A stretch of 64,000 bases of DNA from Heptranchias perlo (lineage: Eukaryota): assembly GCF_035084215.1 (NCBI RefSeq), contig NC_090353.1, positions 10,230,001 to 10,294,000 of the forward strand, given 5' to 3'. The position numbers were made by a program, and so were the translations under genes. Shown here piece by piece: positions 11,601-22,189 of the stretch (the stretch's first letter is position 1; each line of letters opens with the position of its first letter). Below the pieces are notes generated by a model, which saw only the letters and a program-made list of their open reading frames with translations, was not told the origin of the DNA and searched no databases.

Positions 11601-12059
11601 TTTGTTATTGTCTCTGTGTTGAAATGAAGAGCCATCACACAATCCTCCACTTTAACTCATTCTCTCTAGGATCTCAGAAATGTGGAACTCTTTCCCTCCA
11701 TCAGTCTCTCTTTGCTCCTATAATCTACAGGTTTCAAACCCCAATGTTCTCATCACTTACTTGATCTTCCCCCCCCCCCACTACCCTTTAAGATCATAGT
11801 TTATTTTGTAAAATATGACATTTCAGTATGGGGTTATTCAAGAGATCAGGGAATATAATATATCCCATCACATCTTCTGTCTTCACCCACTCAAACATGC
11901 TGTCTCTCATTCACTTCATGCATCAGGTTACGTTCAATTCAGAATGGGCTTGGGCCTTTTGTAATCAGCATAAGTGAAAAATGTTGGGAGCTGGTCAAAT
12001 TGGGACATATCTCCGGACGATGTGTCACACAATCCACTCCCTCCATGGCCACGCACGGA

Positions 12060-13460
12060 ATCATCGAATCTTACAGCAGGGAAGGGGGACATTCGGCCCA
12101 TTGCACCTGTGCCGATGCTTTGAGAAACCAATCCAATTAGTTCCTTTACTCCACCCATTCAACTGCTCTTTTAAATTTTTCTTTTTCAAATATTTATCCA
12201 CTTCTCCTGTGAAAATCTTTCGCATTCCGTTTCCACCACTGTTCCTGGTACAGCATTCTACGTCCTAACTACCCTCTCTGTAATAACAATTCTCCTACCC
12301 TCCCCAGTCATTCTTTCGGTGATGATCTTAGATTTATTCCCTCTTGTTACCAACTAACCAACCTCTGGAAATAGTCTTTACCCAATTTACCTTCACAAAA
12401 GTTCTCCATTTTCACCACTGATCTTAGAACCAGGAAGGTTAAGAAGAGATCGAAGTAAAAGACCCTCAATTAATCTAATCCCTCCTGATAACTAAAGCCT
12501 CTCATCCCTGATATCTCATTCCTTGACATCCTTCCAACATCAGGGTGCCCAAAACTGAATGCAATGTTCTAACTATGGCCTAACCAATGATTTGTTTTGG
12601 TTTAGTATTACCTCTTTGCTGTTGAACTCTATGCCCCTCGATACAAAACCTGGATCCAATATGCTTTTTTTTTTTAAACAGCTTTATCAATTTGTTCACT
12701 TTCTTTTACAGATCGGTGTATCGAAACACTTAAGTCTCTCACCTCCTTTAGTGTAAAGTGCTCACTTATTCTTCCTCCCAAAATGTAACACCTCACATTT
12801 CTCACTATTAAATTTCATCTATCGACTGGCCCGATCTAGGAACGTGTCTCTATCCTCCTGAAGTTGCATTCAGGTCTCTTCACAGTTAATCACATTCCCT
12901 ATTTTTGTGTTGACTGGAAGTTTCGATATTATAACCCCATACTCAAATCCAGATCATTTATATATTGAGGAAAGCAATGGTCCCAACACTGACCCTTGGG
13001 GGACACCACTGTGTATCTCCCTCCAGGCAAATGAACACCCATTAACCACAACTCCCTTTCCTGCGTTGCTACATTCCCTTTAATTTTAATCAACAAGCCT
13101 CCTATGTGACCTGTTTTCAACCCCCTTTTGAAACTCCATATACACAACATTTACTGCACCTCCTTTATCAATCGGCTCTGTATCCTCAAAGAATTCCATT
13201 AAATTTGTCAGACATTATTTGTCTTTTATGAAACCATGCTGACTCTCGGTAATGAGCCCATGTCTCTCGGTGAGTATTAATGCATCCCGTATAATGGCCT
13301 CTAGAAACTAACCCACTGCTGATGTTAATCTGACTGGTCTATAGTTACCCAGTTTATCCATTTTTGCACAGAGGTGTTACAGTAGGAACCTTCCTGACCC
13401 AACTTCCATATCCAAGGATGTTTGAAAGATTGTGGTCAGACCCTCTGCTACTTCCTCTCA
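12060..13460 (-). mobile_element. Old, degenerate CR1 fragment
   Basis: Remnant SGVPQGSVLGP / YINDLD motifs on the minus strand. Confidence 0.7.
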
Positions 13461-13621
13461 GACTTCCCTCAGCATTCGTGGATGCACGGAAACAGGACCA
13501 GAATTGGAGCAAAGTGTTGGGTCTCCTCATGTCTAGACCACTTTGCTGGTGTCAATGATGGGGAGGAGCACACAAGCTGACAAAACACACACACTTGGAT
13601 AGGTTTCCTGCACAGGTTCTC

Positions 13622-13627
13622 TTTATT
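13622..13627 (-). terminator. Poly(A) signal AATAAA of IgL cluster B
   Basis: First AATAAA on the minus strand, ~395 nt after the C-exon stop. Confidence 0.6.
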
Positions 13628-14020
13628 GGAACTTATGAGCAAATTATGAGCTGTTGGCAGATCATAAACAATCTTCATTAATTATTTTCATTAAATCCAG
13701 CATTGGTGCTGAGCAAAGAACCCATTTGAAGTGAAATTCCTGATTAGAGCCACTTTAACCCTCGTGTAGTCTCTTGTAATGGGAGAAATGAGCAAAACCT
13801 CCATCAGGTACAAAAACACTTCAAATGATACAGCAGAACCACACAAAGCCAAACAGAAGCACAAATTGCAGCAGATACCAAGAGTATCAGGGTAGAAGAT
13901 GGCAGGGGGGGGGGGGGGGGGGGGGGAAGTGGGGTAAATGGGTACTGGGGGGGGGTGCGGAAAAGAGGTGACGAATTCCCCACTAATCTGGCAGCAAACT
14001 CAAGTGAAGCTTCAATCTAT

Positions 14021-14343
14021 TTAACAGTCGGATTGTGTGACCGTTGCGGATGTTTGTGAAGCTGCTCCTTGTTGAACTGCACAGGAGTACACCTTCCCAC
14101 TGCTCCAGTCAGTGCCGGGGACCCTCAGGTAGCTGCTGAGACTGAAAGTGTTGTCCGTGCTCCGCGACACTGCGCTGGTTTGGACCTCACTGCTCGTCGG
14201 AGTCCCATCGACTGTCCAGCTGACCCCAGCGAAGCCCATGGACAGTTTGCTGACCAGGCAAACTAACGTGCCTTCTCCTTTAGTGGACATCTCCTCAGCT
14301 GAAGGCCCAAGCAGTTTTACTGAAGGGACAGGGAGTTCCTGAG
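14021..14343 (-). CDS. Ig light chain constant exon (sigma-type C), cluster B
   Basis: C1-set domain: PSVKLLGPSAEEM...TLVCLVS...VSWTVDG...FSLSSYL...W...VYSCAV...SDC*, terminal Cys for the H-L bond; acceptor ttcctattgcag at 14345-14344, phase 1 matches the J donor. Confidence 0.95.
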
Positions 14344-15722
14344 CTGCAATAGGAACCAGAGAAAACATGTTTGTGTAAAGTTATAGAAAAGCTCATCATC
14401 ATTTCAGAGTTTAATAGAAGCAGTTGTGAAAGGTTGCAGCTTCCTATAGTGGGCCCCTGAAGTTTACAGTGAGTGACAGGGCATTGCCCCTTTACGATTG
14501 TCCAGGCTTCGTCAAAACAGAAAGGACTGGAATTTTGATCTAAAGTTATTGTTTCCGGACCCTCCTGGTGACCCGATGGATTAGATCATCACTCGCTGTG
14601 GAACTTCACCTCCAGCTCCCAGATTCCATCCCTGGTCTGTGCCCAGTTAGCTGATCTGGGGTGAGTGCACCAGGGACAATTGGCCTCAGTATCCTGGGTT
14701 AGGGAGAGAAGTGATCCAAGATTCTGACCACAAGCCAGTGACCTCAGGCAGGATTTGGCTCGAGTCCTACCCGCTGCACAATCCTCCTCTTCCCTTTATC
14801 CCTTCCCTCACCACCCATCATTAATCCCCCTGCTGTGCCACCCATTGCTGTGGGAAGGATAAAAAGATCTCAAACTCTCCATTGCCCCAGTGGCTCAGGG
14901 GTTGAGAGCACCTGGTGTGTGGTCCTGAGCTCAACAGACCAGTAAACGACAGGTCGGTCAATGCTGATGCTACAATTGGCACATTACCCATCGGTTGGGA
15001 GAGGGGGATGAAAAGCTAACATCTCCCTTTCCTGGTGGATACCCAGTGAGACTTCTCCCTCCTCCCACCTCTCCCTGGAAAGGCACTCAGTTGTGGATGT
15101 GAGGTGAGGACAGGACAAGGCCATTGACAGGTGAATGACCTGCCGACACTCGCTGTCCCGGCTACTCCATGAGGAATGGTCAATTGGGGCAAGGTGGTGG
15201 AGGCTCACAACTCACATGGACACAAGCCTGAGGGAACGGCGAGAAAGATTCTCAATAACCAAGTGTACGCGGTTGATGTGGGGCTGCTGGCAACATACAC
15301 GATGCAGCACCGCTAACCCACCGCACAGGCTCGGTGTCGACATGGCAACCAGCAGCGGTTTACAGTGAGCCAGTGGTCTGGGGCCTGGTCCGGGTGTTAG
15401 CGGGCGATGCCAAACATCAGCACAAATCATCAAGCCTTTTCACCACAGTGCCGTCCTACCAGAGTCCGGCTAAAAAGAGATTCTGGTCCCCGCACAACAT
15501 CGGGGTGGATTCTCGCCAGAACCAGAGCTGCCGCCACAGAATGAGCAGCAACCAGAATCACTTAGCAGCAGAACACAGAAAGGAGCAGTGATGAGAGGAA
15601 TGGATGTCAAAGAAGTGAAGAGGGAAGGGAGCAGAGGCCGAGAGTGGTGCTTTTAGCATGGGGGTGAATCGGAATGAGAGTTCCAGCATGAACTGGGGGG
15701 ATTTGAGGAGGAGAGAGTGTCT

Positions 15723-16017
15723 GAGAGGGCGGGGAGTTGGATGGGGTACAGCGCCTGTGCGAGAGGGCGGGGAGTTGGATGGGGTACAGCGCCTGTGCGA
15801 GAGGGCGGGGAGTTGGATGGGGTACAGCGCCTGTGCGAGAGGGCGGGGAGTTGGATGGGGTACAGCGCCTGTGCGAGAGGGCGGGGAGTTGGATGGGGTA
15901 CAGCGCCTGTGCGAGAGGGCGGGGAGTTGGATGGGGTACAGCGCCTGTGCGAGAGGGCGGGGAGTTGGATGGGGTACAGCGCCTGTGAGGGTGGTGAGTT
16001 GGATAGGGTACAGTGTC
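15723..16017 (+). repeat. 38-bp G-rich minisatellite (7 near-perfect copies + 1 degenerate) in the J-C intron
   Basis: Unit gagagggcggggagttggatggggtacagcgcctgtgc at 15723, 15761, 15799, 15837, 15875, 15913, 15951. Confidence 0.95.
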
Positions 16018-17839
16018 TCTGAACTGGCTCCGAAGGAGGAGGGGGGCGGTCGAGGGCCTCTCAACTGGGGCAGGGAGGGAAGTTTGGTCGTGGGAGAGTG
16101 ACAGATTTTTTAAAAAAACAAAACAATCAACTGCAAAATGCAAAAGTGTTTAAAATTAACAGAATACAACATTTTCAATGTAAAAAGAAACAAAATTTCC
16201 CTCGCAAACCCCCAGGCAAAAAGAAACCAATTTTGTGCCTTTATCATTTGGATTTCCCTTCTGCCATTCATGTACCCCTGCTCTATCTTGTTCTCATACA
16301 GATGGAGCAGTGTTGAGATACCTACAGCTTAAGTTACGAGGTCTGTGCAACTACTTGTATTCACGTGTCATAGTTTTATAATCAAGGCTCTCCTTGAGTG
16401 GTCAGGTTTTTTTTGGAGGCCCAGTGTCAGCTTTTTGGAAACTGTTGGACAGTTTTGCTCATTTCCTTGTTTGACGTGTATGTCGATGGCTGAGCCAGGA
16501 TGACACCTCCAGGTCTGGGCCCACACCGGGCTTTAGCAGCTGGTTTGTAACAGATGTGTTTTGGAATTGACTGAAATGCATCATTGTCCCTTTAGGACGA
16601 GTGGGTGCAGCAGCAATGTCCCGAGACCCTGAGTGTAGTCAGTAATTCGACATCAATTGCAGCCATTTCAATTACAGAAATGCAGCACAGATGTGAAATG
16701 TTTTGTTTGAGGATCAGGGTGGAATTGGTGCAGACAAATGTGGATCAGTGGTGTACGTGGAACGATTCAAATCAAATGTTGGGGATGGGTAAGGATGACT
16801 GAATAAATGAAACTCGGGGACATCCATGGTATTAAACAGATCGAGAACTACCGATCCTGAGCAATCTAATCGGGAATGAGAAATATATGGAATCTGGAAC
16901 GATGTCCAGGCAGAGTGCAGAGGACAGAAGGTTCTGGCACCGCGTGTTCCATGGTTTGGGGAGGGGGCGGGGGGGGTGCGGGCATGTGGAGTAATGGCCC
17001 CCTGGTTCGCCCTCCTCCCCTGGTCTGGCGCCTGTCAGCTGATGTCAATAGGGGATGTCGTAGGGGTCACTGGAATTGGCCTCAGTCTGAGGAAGGGTGG
17101 TGGTGAGGGGGGAATAGCCAAGGCTCCCTCCCCTCTCCCCTTTCCCCTCCCCCGCTTCAACTCGCCCGAGGACTTCCCGTGTGAAGAAACTTCTTGGCCT
17201 TTTAATGGAAGATCAGCAGGTTCTGACTGTCCCAGTTGTGTCTGTCATCACCCCCTGTGCTCGCTGACCTACACTGGCTCCCAGTCCCCCAACGCATCTA
17301 CTTTAAAATTCTCATTATGTTCAAATCCCTCCATGGCCTGTTCAATGTAAAACACTTTAGGACATGAGAAGGTGTTACATCAAGGCAATTTCTCTCTTTA
17401 TAATTTTTAAATTTATATCTTTAATTCAACCTAATGGTGAAAAACATTATCACCATTGTTAAATGAAGCAGCTCAACTTGGGGGAGGGGGAAACACAATT
17501 TAACCCTTTTAAAAGCAAACTAGCAATCCATGTTCAGAGAGAATTTTGGGAATAAAATTATTGCAATTCAATCAGAATTGTAAAATTACAGATCATTAAT
17601 AAATAGAGAGAAAGAGGGCACTCAGAAACAGACCTAGAAACACAACACTAATTAACAATTAGTGTCAGAAACACAGCAATAATTAACAGAACTAGTGTTG
17701 GGCACTAAACATGATTGTACTGGAATCAGCATTTTCACTCTAAAATTAGTGTCTAACAAGTGGGTACTAAGAATTAACTGAGTTTAAATTATTAATTAAT
17801 TTCTAAATGTGCAATTTCACACAGCTAGTAGCTGCAGGA

Positions 17840-17849
17840 GGGAATTCCC
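17840..17849. promoter_or_regulatory. Perfect palindromic NF-kB-type site GGGAATTCCC at the start of the J-C intron
   Basis: Exact match to GGGRNNYYCC, 10 bp from the J splice donor. Confidence 0.4.
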
Positions 17850-17859
17850 AGTCACTTAC

Positions 17860-17896
17860 CTGCAACAAAGAGCTTGGTCCCTTTGCCGAACACCCA
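17860..17896 (-). CDS. Ig light chain J segment (WVFGKGTKLFVA)
   Basis: FGXGT motif, GTAAGT donor at 17859, heptamer directly abutting the 5' end. Confidence 0.95.
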
Positions 17897-17935
17897 CACA
17901 GTGCGATGTTCTTGGGATCAGTCCACACAGTTATC
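17897..17935 (+). other. J recombination signal sequence, 23-bp spacer
   Basis: Consensus heptamer CACAGTG 17897-17903, 23-bp spacer, degenerate nonamer ACAGTTATC 17927-17935. Confidence 0.8.
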
Positions 17936-18250
17936 CAGGACCCTGGAAATCAGGCAGAAAACACGTTCAGATGCTCCAGTCCCAACATAAAGTCTGATTA
18001 ATGTATTCCGAGTGTCCCAGCTGGTGTGGGGCAGTAAGGAATGAACACACAGCAACATTCACAGACTGACATTAAATGTCAGCAACACACAATAGTGGGC
18101 AGTGAGATTCAGAATATTATCAATTATGAAATGATATAAATTGGAAAATATTGTATAAAGGACAAAATTTGAAGTGACTTTATCAAATGTGAAACATGAG
18201 AATGTTTTATCAGATACAAAGATATTAAGTGTATGATATTTGCTGCTCCC

Positions 18251-18278
18251 AGTTTTTGTTTTACCTTCTGTCACTGTG
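18251..18278 (-). other. V recombination signal sequence, 12-bp spacer
   Basis: CACAGTG (18278-18272) + 12 bp ACAGAAGGTAAA + ACAAAAACT (18259-18251). Confidence 0.95.
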
Positions 18279-18605
18279 TCACATAAGTACTGCTTGATGA
18301 AACCCACTTTCCACAGTAATAGACGGCAGCGTCAGTCACCTCCACATTATTTATGATTAACTGGTAAATGTTGTGGCCGCTGTTGGATTTCGATGTGAAA
18401 TGGCTGCTGCTAAACCCAGAACCATAGGTTGGGGCACTGAGAGAGTGATAGTAATAGAGGATCCACTGAGGAGCTTCTCCTGGTGTCTGCTTGTACCAGC
18501 TCACATAATTGCTATCGACCGTCCCAATGTTGCAGTCCAGTGTGGCCGTGGCTCCAGGTTTCACAGTCAGGTCTGGAGGCTGAGTCAGAGTCTGAGACTG
18601 TCCAT
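18279..18605 (-). CDS. Ig light chain V exon, sigma-type, cluster B
   Basis: QTLTQPP...ATLDCNIG...VSWYKQTPG...long CDR2 YYHSLSAPTYGSGFSSSHFTS...YQLIINNVEVTDAAVYYC; the YGSGFSS/long CDR2 and the 12/23 RSS order fit the sigma isotype; open frame, ttttacag acceptor. Confidence 0.93.
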
Positions 18606-18710
18606 CTGTAAAAGAGCAGGGATTAAACATTACACATTGACTCTTTAAAAGTGATCCCAAGCTCCCCATCCGATGCTGCAGGAAGAGCAGAGTTCAGTGT
18701 CTGTACTTAC

Positions 18711-18759
18711 AGCCCAGCCACAGTGCCAGAGACCAGAAAAAGCACAGCGCCCGCATCAT
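18711..18759 (-). CDS. Ig light chain cluster B leader exon (MMRALCFFWSLALWLG)
   Basis: ATG at 18759, 49-nt phase-1 exon, GTAAGT donor; splices in frame to the V exon. Confidence 0.92.
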
Positions 18760-18838
18760 TTCTGCCAGTGAGCTTCCTGCCGCCCTTCACCGAGTGTATC
18801 TGAGACAGACTGTGGCAGCAGCTGCCCATTGAACCCAG

Positions 18839-18880
18839 TTATAGACCCATTCACATCAGGAAGGAAATCCATGCAAATTA
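18839..18880 (-). promoter_or_regulatory. IgL V promoter of cluster B: decamer TAATTTGCAT (18880-18871) and TATAA (18843-18839)
   Basis: Canonical light-chain octamer orientation and spacing. Confidence 0.88.
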
Positions 18881-19245
18881 GAGCCATTCACACTGACCAA
18901 CCAGGGCAAAGGATCTGAAACCCTCCCTGTCAGGGGTCAGAGACTGTCAGTTTGAGGCAGTGACACCTCAGGACTGTTAGCAACTGACTTCCATCTTAAA
19001 CAGTTCCTGCCACGAAATACTAACTTGCCAGCTACTTTAGTGTTTACTGGTCTATAGTACCTTACTGCAAACCTGCAGCTGACTATTTAAAGTATTAACT
19101 ATATTCCACTACCTGCTAAATACAATCTATTATCTGAGTATCTGCTATTTTCATTGAATCAGGACATTGAGAATCAATTGCACCTCATTTAAATATCAAC
19201 AGTGATTGGGTGAAGCTAAATGGCACTGAGTTGACATGTTCCACC

Positions 19246-19402
19246 AATCAGCTTTCAGTATTTCAATGAGATTTGGTGCAGCCCAAACCAGCCGCCCCTC
19301 ATGGGCGTAAAACTGACAAACACCTGGGGTCCCAGCAGGAACTGGGCACCGTTATTTTAAGGAGAGGGACTGTCCAGAACAGAGTGAAACCTCTCGATCT
19401 GT
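19246..19402 (+). promoter_or_regulatory. Conserved V-upstream element, cluster B copy (degenerate CTCF-like motif)
   Basis: 156/157 identity to 1793-1949 within more diverged flanks. Confidence 0.5.
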
Positions 19403-20449
19403 ATTTTGTACCAACTTTACACAAATGTCTCAGTTTCATCTCCACCCATTTAAGTAACTGTCTGACACCTCACTGCTTGAAGGGAATATTGTCTCCCGCA
19501 CTGTGGGGAGTCTCTGGGTTTGGTCAGTTTTAGGATCAACATGCTTTATAAACTCTGTGTAAAGGGAAGGAAAGATTAAGAAGAGAGTTTCTATTTTAAT
19601 GGAATAAATAATTGTCTAAGCAGAATTATTTTTTGCTTTTAGTAAAAATGGCATTTTTTCTTTACCAGTTTGGGGACTGTTGAGTCAGATCTCCTTCACT
19701 CTAAAGCTGCTCTGGTGACTTCATTGATAGGGACTGTCCCAGAATGACTCCATTGGAAACCATGTCTCCGAGTTGCCAGTGCCCATAGTACCACACTCCA
19801 GCAAGAATTGGCTGCTATCTGGTACCCCGCCCAATGTCCTTTCCCCACGTCAGTTTTCTTTTGGTTGGTTTGCGTATCTGAAAATTCCAGTAAATCGATC
19901 TATTCATTTTCCATTACTTAAGGATTTTGAAACTTAAGAGCTGCCTGATATGGGATGCACACAATCTCCCTGTAGGGACACCACACTTACCTAAGTCCAA
20001 AGAGCCAAGAGCCAAACCTTAAGGACTCCCCAGTTGTGCACAGGGGAACTGCTGGAGTTTAACCATCTCAATCCAGATGGCTGAGCAGCACAGAGCATTG
20101 AAAAGCCTCCCACTGCTTGTCACAGCTGAAACATCTTCCATTTCTAAAGCATTCCTCACGTACAGCGACACCTCGGAGCACTTTAGAGAGTCAAGGAAAG
20201 AAATGGAATCACCTGTTAGGGCTTTGGCCTGCAAAGTTATCTGGCACCAAGTGGGAAGGATTTCAGTCTCCAGTAACAGGTCCCTCCCTTCAGATCCTAT
20301 CAATGCATCAAACCGATTGGCCAATCAGCAACAGTGATCTGGAGTTATCCAGTTCAGGTATTGGATTCCCAGATTGGCCACTCTTGTTCTATTCTACTAA
20401 GTGGAACTTCTAATTATAAGTCTGTATCATTCCATAACAACCTCCTGTT

Positions 20450-21510
20450 TCTAAGCAGGGACAGAAAGCAGAGAGTAGTGGTGAGCAGTTGTTTTTCTGA
20501 CTGGAGGGAAGTATACAGTGGTGTTCCCCAAGGATCAGTATTAGGACCATTGCTCTTTTTGATATATATTAATGACCTGAACTTGGGTATAGAGGGAATA
20601 ATTTCAAAGTTTGCAGATGACATGAAACTCGGAAATGTAGTAAACAATGTGGAGGATAGTAACAGACTTTAGGAGGACATAGACAGACTGGTGAAATGGC
20701 AGATGAAATTTAACGCAGAGAGGCGTGAAGTGATGCATTTTAGTAGGAAGAATGAGGGGAGGCATTATAAACTAAATGGTACAATTTTAAAGGGGGTGCA
20801 GGAACAGAGAGACTTGGGGGTGAACATACACAAATCTTTGAAAGTGGCAAGGTGAGTTGAGAAGGCTGTTAAAAAAGCATACGGGATCCTGGGGTTTATT
20901 AACAGAGGGATAGAGTACAAAAGCAAGAAAATTATACTAAACCTTTATAAAACACTGGTTAGGCCTCAGCTCGAGTATTGTTCATTTCTGGGCACCACAC
21001 TTTAGGAAGGATGTTAAGGCCTCTGAGAGGGTGCAGAAGAGATTTACTAGAATGGTACCGGAGATGAGGGACTTCAGTTATGTGGAGAGACTGGGGAAGC
21101 TGGGGTTGTTCTCCTTAGAATAGAGAAGGTTAAGGGGAGATTTGATACAAGTGTTCAAGATTATGAACAGTTTTGATAGAGTAAACAGGGAGAAACTGTT
21201 TCCAGTGGCAGAAGGATCGGTAACCAGAGAACACCAATTGAAGATGATCAGCAAAAGAGCCAGAGGCAACATGAGGAAGCATTTTTTTACACAGTGAGTT
21301 GTAATGATCTGGAATGCACTGCCTGAAAGGGTGGTGGAAGCAGATTCAATAGTAACTTTCAAAAGGGAGTTGGATAAATACTTGAAGGGAAAAAATTTAC
21401 GGGGCTATGGGGAAAGAGCAGGGGAATGGGACTAATTAGATAACTCTTTCAAAGAGCCAGCTCAGGCATGATGGGCCAAATGGCCTCCTTCTGTGCTGTA
21501 CCTGCTATGA
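20450..21510 (+). mobile_element. 5'-truncated CR1 LINE
   Basis: SGVPQGSVLGPLLFLIYINDL...SKFADD RT motifs; CR1 3' UTR. Confidence 0.9.
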
Positions 21511-22189
21511 AAATGGGGGAATACTTTGAATATAAAAGGATTAGGGTTATTTAATGATGGTTTACAAAACCCACTGAGGGGCAGAGAGCAGAAAGCATGA
21601 GTTCCCCATCGTAACTGACTTATACAACTAGACAAAGTGCTTTAATTAAGATGAGTCATACTGGTGATAAATTGCAGCAATTTTATTCACATTAATGGTG
21701 CTGGTGATTGTTGTAATGGTGTTTCCTTGTGTGTAGAAACAGGTTTTTGGTCAGCTGTGCAAAACACGGAGCAGTGGAAATGCAGGATTGTGGAACAATC
21801 CCGTACTCCCAGCTGGAGATTGTGCTATAACTGCGCTTTTAAAAAACGAGAGACGAATGTGGTGAGAAGGCAGTTAGGTGGGATTTCTGAAAGAGATGGG
21901 CTTGCTAGGCGGAGTAATCATTTCTGATCCTAGAAATGTTTTTCACACTGGACAAATCCCCAGTAAGATTTTCAGCCATGAGCAGTATATTGAGGCACCT
22001 CTGCCATAAAGATTTAATAAGCATACATTAATTAAACATTAAAAAGCCGTTCTTACGGCAAAACCTTGCGGGTTCAATCAATGGACTTAAACGTGTTACA
22101 GTTCTAAGCTCAGTATCTTAGAGCTTTGCCAATCCTAAGTACCTGTTCCAACGTTCACTTTTTAAACCTTTTTCATACACCTTCTACAT

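Noticed and set aside
15723-16017. Class-switch-like region
   Set aside because: Light-chain locus, short array, G-rich strand is the template strand, and no AGCT-rich repeats
18271-18669. ORF-track starts for V (MGSLG...) and C (MFSLV..., 14368)
   Set aside because: These N-termini are intronic read-through; true exons begin at splice acceptors 18605 and 14343
19720-20420. Host gene exon (MANRFDALIG... ORF)
   Set aside because: NRFDAL resembles LINE ORF1 remnants; no splice or homology support
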